Below, piece by piece: positions 12,261 through 24,832 of a stretch of DNA of 64,000 bases. The translations under genes and the position numbers were made by a program. The stretch's first letter is position 1. The number at the start of each line of letters is the position of its first letter. This DNA comes from Gordius albopunctatus (lineage: Eukaryota): the NCBI GenBank assembly GCA_964276515.1, contig OZ193909.1, positions 11,470,001-11,534,000 on the forward strand, in the 5' to 3' direction. The notes under the pieces were generated by a model. It was not told the origin of the DNA, searched no databases, and saw only the letters and a program-made list of their open reading frames with translations.

Positions 12261-14880
12261 GAAAGAATCTATTTACATCATTTGTGTCCCTTCTTAGTAT
12301 ATGCCCATACCACCTTGCCATATGTTGAATACCCAATTTTGTCATGAGAAAGTCATTCGTCATATGGTCGAGCTTAGTATACCCCAAGTTCCACCGTTTC
12401 CTACTTATCTCTGTGGCTTGTAATAGCTTTCCTTCAGTGGTGTTTAATCCTCATGTTTCACTTCCATAGAGTAACAACGGTCTTAAGATGGATTTGTAAG
12501 CTTTGCTCTTCAACCATATTGGCATTTTCTTGTCGCACATTACACCGGATATACTTCACCATTTACATCCTTTTTGGATCCGGACATTGAATTCTGTTGC
12601 GCAACCTCCCTCTTGACGTAGCATCGAGCCGAGGTATGTAAACCTGTCTACTTTTGCGTACTTTGGATGATCATCCAGCGATGGGCTGCCTTTGACGTTT
12701 ATTTCCATGTTCAAAACCGTTTAATTGAAAAGTCTTGGGCCTCAAAAAAAATTCGCGATTAACCGATATTTCGCGATTAAACGATGGAAAAAGAGAAAAT
12801 ATTAAATATATAAAGACATATAGTAAATAAATATTCATTTCTTACGCTTCGCAATAAAACGATATTTTATATAATTGTATGGTTGATTTAAGGACTCGAA
12901 AATGTTTGTGAATATCCGATATTGTACTATTAAGCGATTTGTCAATAAACGATGTTTTTGTTAATATTATCATTTGGAAAAAACAAAATGGCGGTTAACT
13001 TCGCGATTAAAAGATTTCGCGATACTCCGATTTGCGATTAAGAAGTTTCGACTGTATACCGTTTTTGGATCGTTGACCTTTAAACCATATCCAGCTAGGT
13101 GCTTTGACCATTTTTCGGCTTATTCAAATACTTTTTCCTTTGTTTCTTAGCATAGTACTATATCATCGACATATAGCATATAGCATACACCATGGCGATG
13201 GCTTTTGAATTTCTCTCGTTATCGTGTCTATAATTAAATTAAGTAAAAGGGACTTAAAGCACATCCTTGATGTAATCCAATTAAAACCAGAAATATTTTA
13301 GAGTCTCTAACTATCGTCCTAACCCAAGAGTTTGAGGCTTACAAATATTTTTCATGGGCCTTACATATGCGTCAGGTATTTTTTGTTTTTTAAAGGTATA
13401 CCATTGCCATGATAAGTTTCTCTTAATGCGAAGATGAGTCGATTGTGGATTTGCCGGCCACAAATCCGAATTGGTTAGCCGATATTTCCACCTCGTTTTT
13501 CAGCCTTGTTACTAAGATCCTTTCCATAAGCTTCAAGGAGTGGCAAGTTAGCTTGATATTGATACCTCTGTAATTGCCACAGTCTTGAGGGTTTCTTTAG
13601 CCTTTAAATAAGGGTATAATCGTGCTTGCTCTCCATTTATTAGGAATTAGCTCTTCTACTATTATCCTGTTAAGAAGGTTCGTCATGGTGGTGACTCCTT
13701 CTTTACGACACCGAGCAATGCTTCCATAGGTATTCCATCTGGACCATTTGCTTTTCCTTTTTGCATCTTGTTTATTTGTATTCTAACTTCATCCTCTTGA
13801 AAGAGTTTGACCATACTTAAATTTGGCTCAATATCGGGAATGGAATCTTTGTCATTTACAATATTCATAAGTATCTTAAATATCCTTTCCACCACTTTCT
13901 TCGGCTTGAATAAGGCTTGACCCTTCTCGTTTTTGACTATTTTAAGGACTCCGACAGCGCTACTGTTCTTCTCCCTTATCTTGGCCAATTTGTACATAAG
14001 CATATAGCCCCCATTATGATCCAGTTTGTTTGCCATCTCGGTGTACGCGGCCTTATTCGCTATTGCAACGGCTTTTTTGCGGCTCTCTTTGCATCCCTAT
14101 ACTCTTGATAATCCTCCGACTTTTTTTATATGCCACCCGTCTATATAGATTTTTTTTCTTTCGCTGAAATCCCTAACCGATTGATCCCACCACCATAGTT
14201 CCCTGTTTTTAGCTTTTCCTCCTTTGGTCTATCCTAGAACACGAATCGCTGTTTCCTTTATGTCCTTAGTTAGCGTCTCCCAATGGTCGTCTGCGTCACT
14301 TTGCAACTTTCTTGCAACAAAGAGTCAGGAGGCTTTTTGATAATAATCTTCGTTCGTCGAAGTTACCTTTAGCCTTTCGTATCGAATTCGAGGTTTATAG
14401 ATCTTTCTTCTTTCGGGAAATACTCATCTGTCAAGATCCATAACAAGGGGAAGATGTTGCCTGGAGATTTCTTATCCCGGTATTACTTTGAAATCCTTGA
14501 TACTCCATTAGTCCTTTCGCCCTCTGAGCAGTTAGTCAATTTGACTAAAATGCTTCTCACTTCTATAAGTCACAATATGATCTTCGCGTTTTTAACGATC
14601 GCCATGTCATATGCTTGGGATACTTGAAGAATTTTTCCCCCTTCTTTGTTCTTCAGACCATGCACATATCCTCCATGATTGCGTTCATACCCTAGGGGAT
14701 CTTTCCCCTAGGTTAAGCGTTGAAATCTGCCAAATTAGCCTTTCTTCCTGTCCCTTTTCTTGTATTTCCTTTTCCAATGAATCGAAGAATATGTCTTTCT
14801 CTGATTCCATACCCCCAATTTGGGGAGCATACTCGCAAATTACTGTTAGGAGGCCCCCTTGATCTGCAATATTCACCCAT
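12260..14880 (-). mobile_element. Degenerate RTE-clade non-LTR retrotransposon (APE endonuclease plus RT) with many stops and frameshifts
   Basis: Minus-strand remnants: ICEYAPQIG (endonuclease), ELWWWD, KGKANGPDGIP, NYRGI, GLHQG, LYVDDIVL, YLGS, RWYGHILRR. Confidence 0.9.
12712..13056. mobile_element. pogo/Tc1-like MITE remnant inserted in the RTE RT region
   Basis: An AT-rich insert interrupts the RTE frame. The right end ...aagtttcgactg|TA reads TA|CAGTCGAAAC on the reverse strand. Internal tcgcgattaa repeats; the left TIR is missing. Confidence 0.55.
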
Positions 14881-15529
14881 ACAGTTAATTTTTATATAAA
14901 TCAAATTAGATAATATAGTTATTAAAATTAAATATGTAAATACTATTTCGATTAGATGATCCATCCTATTAGGAAATTACAAGTATCATAATTTAATTTT
15001 TTAAGTTTTCAAAGTCGGAAGGATCCAAGAATTCATTTACACTTTTATTAATTATTATAATAATAATGATGAATCTTTATAAATATATGATAATCCTAAA
15101 TTGGAAACTTTTTATTAAAATCAAAGTATCCCTACCATTTGTCGCCCCCGTCAAGTGGCTATTTAGTCTTGGTATCTAATATCACATCTCTACAAATATT
15201 GACTTTGTAATTACATCCTGCAATCAGACTAATAATTCTGATAGAATATTTTGCGCTGAAAAATAATCTGTTTTTAGATTTTCCCACAATTACCAGTTTT
15301 TTAGATAAACGAGGTCGAAGGTGCAAAAAATGCCCATTTTAAGCCTTTTTGAGGCTATATTGCCATGGCATTTTTAATATTTAGTAAAAAATAGTAATAT
15401 ATTCATATAGATTAAAGTTTTATCTATACGTCCCTTAATTTAATTTTTATGTTACATCTCTATATTCAAATTTATTTGCGTTTTTGTGAACCCCTTCCCC
15501 TTATAAAAATTCGTCCCACTATGTCTGGA

Positions 15530-15961
15530 AAACGGAGTAGATTAGAGTTCATTCCACACACGCGCTGTTAACTAACACATCTCTCTCTCCCATTCTCCAT
15601 CTCTTACACTCCCGCCCCCATATCTGTCAAAAGCACACATGAAGGGGGTGGGAGTGGAGGAGAAAGAGAGGAGGGTGGGTGAGAGAGAGATAGATGTGTT
15701 AGGATATTTTTTTTGTAGACCTGTGTATTTAGTGAAAAGCGGACAAACTTATTAGACATCAATATGGAATATAACGTTTTACTGAAATCGAATCACCGCT
15801 ACCCTGTGATTTTTATTGTGAATAAATTATGTTGAAGTTTTTTTTTATTTTCCTAACTTTTAATGTAATTAGTTACATCACTAATTGTAATTAGTTAACA
15901 AAATTTTCAAAGTAACTGTAAATTAAATAGTTACTGTGGAAAAGTAACTTTAACAGCTCTA
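15530..15961 (-). repeat. Dispersed repeat, likely a hAT-derived end (TAGAGCTGTTAAAGTTAC); inverted copy at about 35814-36050
   Basis: gtaactttaacagctcta (ending 15961) is the reverse complement of agagctgttaaagttac (35814). Internal segments 15725-15815 and 35960-36040 also match in inverted orientation. Confidence 0.6.
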
Positions 15962-15965
15962 ATAT

Positions 15966-16500
15966 CACGGTTCAACAAGAAAAATTAACCGGCAAACTGT
16001 TTGCAGATTCTGGTAGAGTTTTTCAAGGTGAACACAAATATGTTTTTAGTTTTTTACCTATACGTCAAGTTTTTTAATAGTAGTAGTAGAGTAGATAAAC
16101 AACAACACAAATAACAACACACACTTAATTCCTAGTGTTGAAGAGAAGGGAGGGCGCCCTCAAGTCTGGAGTAATTTGTCAATGTAAAAGATAGGGATAA
16201 TTAATTTTGTATATAATTTAAAAAATAAATGTGCTAGGATAAAAAAAATTGTGAATACATTCCTCTCCCATATATCTACGAATTAAATCTATTAAACAAA
16301 ATGTTTACCCATTAATTTGCAAGTTATTGACGTTTGAAAAACGCTAAAATCGCGTTTTTAGCGACTTTGACAGCGAATATTTAAAAAACTTGACGTATAG
16401 GGAAAAAACTAAAAACATATTTGCGTTCAGCGTAAAAAACTCTACCAGAATCTGCAAATAGTTTGCAGGTTAATTTCACAAGTCCATTATTTGTTGACCA
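15966..16500. mobile_element. Long-TIR non-autonomous DNA transposon (Tc1/mariner-like MITE)
   Basis: Inverted arms of about 100 bp: tttgcagattctggtagagttttt...cctatacgtcaagtttttta versus taaaaaacttgacgtatagg...aaaaactctaccagaatctgcaaa. The termini carry tcaacaa / ttgttga. Confidence 0.7.
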
Positions 16501-18349
16501 ATATTTAGTCTATGGGCATAGTTTAATTATCTCATCTAATGACGTTATTCACTCATTCGCGTTTGTAAACTTTTTTCCACCGTGTAAATATAACATAGTT
16601 TGTAAAAAGGAACTTTAAAGGCACCCCATCACTAAGTAACACTCCTTCGACAAATTGTTGAAAATCTTTAAAAAAAACAATTTAATTGTAATGACATGGA
16701 ATGAAGGATATTTAAAAGGCTATATTGCAATGTATAACTTATTTGCAATCAATGACACATTTTTAAGCTTATTTTGATTATTTTACATGTGATCAAAGTG
16801 TATACGGCATATATTAGTTAAAATATTTATGATATTTTTCTTTTTCAGCCTAGCGCCCATTATATATTATCTAACATTTATTGCACTTACCTGACTTTTT
16901 ATATTCAAAAATCCGTCCCATACCAAATTTAATTTTCATGCGTAGTCAGTTACATTCAGTATATTAAGTAGAATTAAAATACTTAAAACTCAATTAATGC
17001 CTTTTAACTTGCCAAAACTTATTGCACTGATCGCGATTTAAGTTGTTTAGAGCAAAACATATAAGCCTTAATTGGAGGCTCAAACACCTTTGCACCCACC
17101 ATAATATTAACCTATGCTTCTCAAATTTACTGATAATTATAAGCGCCCGATTTTAACTATTGTTTGCTAATAGACTTTTATTAATACCACAACATGCTTC
17201 TTTTTTCAGTTAAGACTGATTAATTAATTTTAAGGTTTCTAAAAAAACTACTAAGGTTTAAAGTTTTAAAAAGATGGCGCAAAAAACATTTCTTTACATA
17301 CGAACATTTTTTTAGCAAAGAGGGGAATTAAAAGATCCCTTTTCAAATCCCAAAAGTATTTTAGAACAAAACGAGTTTAAAGGTATTATACGTTTTTATA
17401 TAGAAAAAATATGTGAAGTCAGTTAATATAATACTGCCACAATTTACTTTGCAATAAATGTCAAGAAATTTTTCTATGACCGCTCGGGCTAACACTCATT
17501 TATACCTTATAACGGGAGAAATCTCCAAGTACATGCGAAATAAATATATATTAACAACTCTTGTTTACATTTAAAACACTGCTAATGGTAGTAAAACACT
17601 GTGTTTTAAACTAAAAGAACAGCAATCCATAGATAGATCCAACTGGCATATGGTGCTAGATATTCAGCGACTCCTACGTTTGAATTAGTTCCAGTATAGC
17701 GAGCTCTAGAATATAAAATACTTATCAATCATCGTAAAGCATACAACCCCTTTCCTTCAATAATGGCCACAAGGTGCTTAAAAAGTTCATAAATAAAACG
17801 ATAATGTTTTCCATTCTATAATTTCGGATTTTATCAAATCGGCAAATAACAATAGAATTTTTTAAACAAATTTAACCAGTTATTTTCCTTGCATTTGACA
17901 ACAATTTTACCGAAACTTGGCCCTGATAATAATTTAGATGTTTGTTTTCAATTAATAGATCCTTTATCATTAGATGTTTATAATTGTGACTTCGTACAAA
18001 AACACTTAAAGAATAACCTATCCGGTTGGACAGATCTTGGAATGAAGGATGTGAAAGATGTGAGTTTCATTTTTCCTTGAAATCTCAATTACGTTATTTT
18101 TTCAAATAAATGCCATAGCATAGGGAGCTTCAAGCTAGGATCTAATTTATAACCCTGTCAAATTTTTACGTTATTTATGTATTTTTGAATTTATTATAAT
18201 TGCAAGTCGGTATGTACGTATTTGCCCCGATGGCATTCATAAGTTTAGCTAATTATGGCAATCAAAGAGGAGTTCCATCAAACCTTTGAGTCACGAAGGG
18301 TCTGTGCATTTAAAGATCTAATAATATGTTTTATTATTTAAGTTTCACC

Positions 18350-18577
18350 TTAACCCATTAAGACCGGACACTATTTTTTGAAAAGTCTCTTCTTTTACGA
18401 AAAAGGAAGCATTAAATTAGCAAACATAATAAAATTAGTTAAGAATGTAAATCACATCTTAAGCTTTAATAGGAACTAAATTTGATAATATCAAAAGGTC
18501 TTTAAGTATGCAAATTTTTAGACTAAATATGGTATTTTTGCGTATGATAAATTTGACCGTAGACTTTAATTGCTTAA
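18350..18577. mobile_element. piggyBac-like MITE, copy A
   Basis: TTAA|CCCATTAAGACCGG at the left end and a TTAA at the right end; homologous in inverted orientation to 19750-19950. Confidence 0.6.
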
Positions 18578-18782
18578 CGGGGCCTTGAAGATAAGAGTGC
18601 GAAAAAATCTGTGTATGATGTAAGTGCGGTATAGAAGAGGATAAATACATTTAATATATTTTCGATATAAAATTTAAGCTACTAGAGATGAAATAAATTT
18701 ATAATGGGTTTACTTGTTATTTTAATATGTATTCAAGAGAAAAATCTAGCTCTAATCTACCATATGTACCGTTAGGTTCCCT

Positions 18783-18895
18783 ATCAACTCGCTGAAAACC
18801 ATATCATCGTTCCCCATTCAACTAATCACAAAATGGGGGACCTTTTTTTAACCGGGGGACATTAAATTCGGCGAGATGGTTTTCGGCAAGTTGAT
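18783..18895. repeat. Small inverted-repeat element (MITE-like) 30 nt upstream of the GET1 ATG
   Basis: atcaactcgctgaaaaccatatc pairs with gagatggttttcggcaagttgat (23-bp arms, 3 mismatches). Confidence 0.65.
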
Positions 18896-18925
18896 GTGCC
18901 GCAGGTGATCCTTTTTTAAAATCAT

Positions 18926-19574
18926 ATGGAAGCCTGTATCGTAGTTTTAGTTTTTACTGTGATTTTGTGTATAATCGAGGCAATAATTTCCAAAGTGCAA
19001 TTTGTAAATACCATCTTGATAAATTTAAGCTGTTGAAAGTTGTCATGGTTAATTAAACCTCCAAATGAAGTGAAAAAGCTTTATAAAAATTTATTGGATT
19101 TGGAAGCTGAAAAGAGATCAATTAATATTGTTGATGAATTCCCTAAGTTTGCTAGATTACAAAGACAGATCAATTCTATCAAAGATAACATGGAGTTGTT
19201 AGGTAATGCAATACAACTTTGAATTTATTCTTGTTAGAAAAAGATATTAAGGAGAAGAAAAATAAATACAAAATTTTACTTAAAATATGCTTTTATACTA
19301 TCAAGGTTTGTTATGATTATTTCACTAATAATTTTTAAGATAATTTTATATTTAATTTTAATCTGGAAATTTTACTCTGTCACAATGGCTACTATTCCTA
19401 GAAGTTGGCTATATCCCATTACATGGCTATTACCATATGGATTAAAATCAGGTAAAAATATTCAGTGAAATTTTTATTTGGATAGGTCAGATAACTATAA
19501 TACCATGGTTATTACTATGTGAAGAAGCTTCAAAAAATACATCAAAGGCAATATTAAAATCAATCTGCAATTAA
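18926..19574 (+). CDS. GET1: Guided entry of tail-anchored proteins factor 1 (GET1/WRB), 169 aa. Exons 18926-19003, 19040-19202, 19238-19305, 19340-19451, 19486-19574.
   Basis: N-terminal TM segment (ACIVVLVFTVILCIIEAII), coiled coil with INIVDEFPKFARLQRQIN (family motif DEFAxYARLERKIN), second TM segment, IPRSWLYPITWLLPYG and GQITIIPWLLLC. Four GT-AG introns give one continuous 510-nt frame. Confidence 0.92.
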
Positions 19575-19749
19575 AAATTTACATATATGATTTTTAAAGG
19601 TTTTTATGTACATATTATTGATAATAAAATTTATGTTGACTCTAACTACATAAATTGAAATATCTAAGGAGATTAATGATTGAGTATAATTTAATATTTT
19701 AATTAAGATCTGCTATTTAAAACAATACTTTTTTTGAATATGATGTTTG

Positions 19750-19950
19750 TTAACCCATTTAAGCCTACATTCGTATCTATCATACGCAAAGTGTACCATT
19801 TTTAATTAGTAAATTTGCACACTTAAAGACCTTTTGATATTAAATAATATAGTTTAAGATGTGATGAACAATACTAATGAATCATTTATTTTTTTTGCTT
19901 ATTGAATCACCTTGATATCTCTTTAAAAAAAGATTACTTTTGAAAATCAG
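19750..19950. mobile_element. piggyBac-like MITE, copy B (inverted relative to copy A; right end decayed)
   Basis: TTAA|CCCATTTAAGCC...tatcatacgcaaa...acttaaagaccttttgatatt...taagatgtga is the reverse complement of 18452-18577. Confidence 0.55.
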
Positions 19951-21387
19951 GAAAAACTGGACCCTCTTTAACTATTTGTTTAAAATTTTCTTTATAATAA
20001 ACAATTACCAATTATATTTGATATTTTCTTAATCTATTGAAATTTATCTATAGGATGATATATAATTTAAATAACCTTAGCTAAATTTTCATATTCATAT
20101 ATGCTTTTAAAATTAAATATGATAATTCATACAGTTGACAGATGGTCATTAAAAACACTGCAGGAATAGGCGTTTTTTGAGAATCAAATAAATAACTATT
20201 AAGCAAAATATTCAAGAAATAAAGGTCATTTTACCCCCTTTCCTCGGAGTATCTAGGAGAGGTGGGGGGGGGCATTTGCCCTCTAATTCTAACAAATTGT
20301 AAATATAAAACAGAATGACGTTAAATTTTAAAAGTATTATCATTTTGCCACCCCTCAATCAAACATTTTGCCCCCCCCCTCTATGGAATCATCTCTAAGG
20401 CCCTTGCAAGCCTTTTTAAGCTTCATTGGATCCGGAATTTGTCATATATGTAGAGAAAGTTGAAATTAATTGGATATATTCGAGATAATCCCATTAAATT
20501 TGGGTATACGCTTTTGTGCTTGTACAAGCCGAACAACTATTGTTACAGTTTCGAAGTGTATGAAAGATATGAAGATCGAAAAATTGGTGTGCCTGTTGCT
20601 GTTTTCAAAGTAATGGCTTAGTCTTTGTCGATAGCCCAATGCTAATTGAGAACAAATTCCATTCTTTACCTTTATTATAAGATCTGGCAAAGGAATGGGA
20701 GAGTGAGTCTATCGAATAAATATATATGCCATCAAAAATATTTGGTTGATAATAGGTTTTTGTTTGAACGTGTCTTTAGTCATTTCATGGCTAATTTATC
20801 TTGAAAGATAAAAGGATTCTCTTATTAGAATCTACCCAAAGAGTAACAATCCCCTTACTCGTGACTTAAGCATACCACAAGTTAGAACTATATATCCTGT
20901 TATCTATTTAACGTTAACGACGGGGTGACATACGATGACATTGAGCATTGGGCTACTAAAAACCCAACATAGAGAAGATGCACCGCTTTTAATAGGCGTT
21001 TATATTGGTTTTTAATACAAAACTTATTGATCTATTGAATAAAAAAATATTATTACATAGTTTTAATTGCTGAACTCTTTATATAAATGTTTAAAATACT
21101 AATATTAGGAAAATGATTATATAAGGATTTTGTTTACAAACTTATGGAAACAGGGCGACTATGGGGATGGGGGGGTGCTTGATCCTTAGAGAAAATAAAA
21201 TTTAGATTTAATTTATCTTAATATTTTAAATTATTATAAGAAGGTTTTAGCAGATAAAAATTTGCTAACTACGTTTAATTTAAAATTATTACATAGCGGG
21301 GTAAATATGAGTCTTCCAGCGTATGATATATACGACGCTTCAAAAACTATAGTTAGAATTGTGTTCTCGAAAAAAAAATTTGCAGAT

Positions 21388-21472
21388 GCTATTTTGGTAC
21401 AAAATTTATAAAAAATCTCGAATTTCAAATTTTTTCATCGAGGGGTTCTAGGTTCAATTTTTAATGGGTTAA
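21388..21472 (+). repeat. piggyBac-like terminus (...TTAATGGG|TTAA); second copy at 30680-30763
   Basis: Shared sequence tattttggta...gaatttcaa...gaggggttct...ttaatg(g/a)gttaa at both positions. Confidence 0.5.
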
Positions 21473-22173
21473 CTAAATTTTGGAGACAACTAATTTTGAA
21501 ATCATTATTTATTGTGATATATAAAAGTTTCAATATTACGCGGCAAGGGTATAATATAAGTTAAGAATGGAATGTTTTTAATTATGTCCTTGATGATGGA
21601 CCCTGTGATACAAAATAGTAAAAATTAATTCCTATTTCTCACTATTGATCTCATTAATATAAATTTGTTTAAAGAACTTCTGCTGACTGAATATATTTGC
21701 CACTTAGTCGTTAATTTTGTGTTAGATCTAGTTTTTGTTTTAGAAACATTGAGTTACAAGCTTAAGTCTGACATAAATAGTAAAAATTGATATATCAAAC
21801 AATTGGCTTTTAATAATTAATGATTATTTACAATATAAAGAATTAATATTTGAACTATAAATCGGTATGAAATAGGGCTCAGACAAACGCCTATTTACAC
21901 CAACTATTCAAAAACAAGACGATTTTTGCATAATATAGTAACGAGCAAATACTTTGATCTTGCAATAGCTGTCGTCATAGGATTAAACGTTATATCCATG
22001 TCCCTCGAGTTTTACATGATGCCTATGGTAGTATAACTTTATTTAATTCTAATGATTCTTAGTAATTGATATACGCTCTCAAAATATTCAATTACTTTTT
22101 TACCGCCGTTTTTATAATCGAATCGACGATGAAAATCATAGCGTTAGGAATCAAAACATACATGCTTGACAAG

Positions 22174-23911
22174 CAGGCGCGTAGCTAGAGCCCTGCAAAA
22201 TTGAATTTTATCAGCCCGAGCCCGACCCGAGCCCAAAACTTTTTTTTATTTTTTGCCCGAGCCCGATTTGTTTTTTCACTCAGGCCCGACCCGACCCCGC
22301 CCCGACTTTTGTAAAAATTTATATTTGTACCAATTTTATTTCAAAAATTTATTTATAAATATATTACGTATCGCGAATATTATGTGATTTAAAATATGAA
22401 TAATTATGGTAAATAAATAAAGTGGAGTCTAATTTCTCGGGTTTTAACGAAGTCCTTCTCTCTTCGTAAGCTCACCCAGCTGTAGAAAAGGCTCGCTCAC
22501 TGCTAGCTGATGTAGCAGGTATTGCCAAATACTTTCTAGCCAAATTGCTCAAACAAGGAAATTCACTCTGATGCATCTTCCACCATTCAAGAACTTCCAT
22601 ACCATCAATATAATTCGTATTTAAATATTTATGTAATTCATCTTCCTCAGCTTCGTTATCTATTCTGTGCTCTTCCCAACTACTAAACTCTAAAAATTCT
22701 TCCTCCATTATATTATCTAGAAAAATAATAAGTTCTTAATGCAAATTAAAAAATTACCATGCTCGACGGCTATACTAGGCGTAACTTAATTAACCGGAGG
22801 ATTAGCCTTAATCCTTTCTTCCATAATTATTAAATTTCGTATAGGATGACAAATGTCATCAAATTCATAGCGAGGCAGCATTATTAAATTTCGATACTTT
22901 GGATTTAATAATGCGGATAATTTATGAATAATATCAAGTTCAAATTTTGAATTTAAAAACGAAAGGGCCTTTTTGGCCAAAGTGTTAAACTCTTCGCTAA
23001 AAAAGGGTTTTTTCAAACATTCGATTAGTCTGTAATAGCCAAGAGTACCATGTTAATGGTCGGCTTTGCATCAGCCTCCAAGTCATCACTAGCCGTTTTA
23101 AATGGCTTCATAAAATTTATTAGGCTTTTAACTATTTCTATATCGATATTCTCTATAATTGGCGAATCACCCTGTGATTGCAAAACAGCCGATATATTAT
23201 TATATTGGTTGTATATCGACTCTAGCATTTTATATTTGGAGTTCCATCTCGTTTCTACTGGCAAATACAAAGTATGTACAAGTTTATTTGTTAGTCTATA
23301 AATCATATATGTATGTAACATAGGCATACACATAAAACACACACAGTCTATTGTCTAAATATATTCTCTATGTAAGAATAGGGTTTAAAAACACGAAACG
23401 CGTCTAAATCAAAAACTTAAAATCAAACAAATTAATATATGGGGGGTAGTAAAATTCTAAATATTTATTTGTAGGGGGATTATTTTGTATTGTAATTATA
23501 TTTTGGATTAATATTTATTCAACTTTTTTTTCGGGCTCGGGCCACGGGTCGGGCTGGCCCATCAGACCCGATCCAAGCCCGAGGCCCGATCAATGTTTTA
23601 AAATTTGCCCCGGACGGCCCGTGCAGGCCTCTACGCGTAGCCAAGGGGACAGAAAGCGGGAATTTTCTGCCCCCTTGACCAAAATTTAAAATTTTTTTTT
23701 GAAGGCCCATGTCCTTTTTTAAGGTATAAAAGCGATAGTAAATGCTCTGATTAATGAAGAGAAGAGATTTTTCCAAAGCTGGTTATATAGCGCCTTGAAG
23801 TTTCGCATATATTGTAAGCGAAGTTTATTTTTGTTACATCTTATATATAAAAGTGTCGAAATTTTTTTTGAATTTTTCTTCCCCCTTGAGAAAATCCTGG
23901 CTACGCGCCTG
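22174..23911. mobile_element. hAT-type MITE (CAGGCGCGTAGCC termini) whose left TIR is split by the nested hAT at 22186-23633
   Basis: caggcgcgtagc at 22174 resumes as caagggg at 23642 and ends ggctacgcgcctg at 23911. 8-bp TSD ttgacaag/ttgagaag. Confidence 0.8.
22186..23633 (-). mobile_element. Internally deleted hAT transposon with a degenerate, intron-containing transposase
   Basis: TIRs TAGAGCCCTGCA / TGCAGGCCTCTA, perfect 8-bp TSD cgcgtagc, CCCGA subterminal repeats. Motifs PVETRWNS, SALLNPKY and WWK...FPCLSNLARKYLAIPATSASSERAFSTAG (hAT dimerisation domain). In-frame stops are present. Confidence 0.93.
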
Positions 23912-24200
23912 TTGAGAAGTAAATTAAAGACTCGTAAAGGTCGTGTAACTTCCATTCTGGTATAGGTGGAATCAACTTGATATCCTCATTGTTATACTCT
24001 CTATATTTGGTATTATATTGGAAGAAATTAAATCCAACATATTTCCCATAAATCTAACAATCATAAGGGTCATGAGGGTGCTTCGAATCGTGCGAGGTAT
24101 ATTACACGTGTTGTCTGTGACAAATTCCCATTAGTTTTAAAATTATTGAAGATGGCCAAGGGTATCCGAGCATTACTAGACACCGTCATTTAGTGGTGTA

Positions 24201-24832
24201 CAGTGGCGTAGCTAGGTGGGAGCCAAAGTGCCCCCCCCCCCAAGAGCAGAAAGCGGGCCCCATGGGCCCTCCCAATTGAAAAATCTTTGGCCCCTTAAGC
24301 AATTTTTTAAATATTATTTTAATTAAGAAACATTATTTGTTTTTGAATAAAACTTTCATTTATATTATTACAAATAAAGGATGCAAATTTTATAAAATTA
24401 TTGAGTCGACATAATTCCATTCTTTATAATAAGGCGAAAGATTTAGCTTGGAATTTTGATATTTCATTATTACCATCTAAACGTATAAAATCAAAAATTA
24501 GAACGCTTTATACACTTTTAGAATCTACCAATTCATTAATTGATTTCAAAATTGATTTATATTATCCTATCATCGATAGAATAATAGCAGAAATAAGCAT
24601 AAGATTTTCGGAAATTATATTTAATTTATAAAGGTCTTTAGAAAGTTTAAACTCTTCATCCCCTTTTTTGTGATAAATCTCTTTTATCAGAAGCATTTAA
24701 CCATTATGAATTAAAACTGCAAGATGCCGAAATAATAATGGCAAAAAATTATGTAATATATTTAAATTCTTTACCTTAAATAAAAGACAAAATTTCATGA
24801 TATTTTTCTACTTATTAAAATTTTACCCTCAA
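24201..24832 (+). mobile_element. hAT (ZMYM1-like) transposon remnant
   Basis: Left terminus CAGTGGCGTAGCTAGG followed by the degenerate peptide FKIDLYYPIIDRIIAEISIRFSE typical of hAT transposases. Confidence 0.6.

Noticed and set aside
17889..18080. 63-aa ORF containing a good donor (gat|gtgagt) upstream of GET1
   Set aside because: No recognisable homology and no consistent flanking exons; GET1 is complete without it.
20466..20900. Short minus-strand ORFs, one with a KEWN motif like a LINE 3' end
   Set aside because: Too degenerate to assign.
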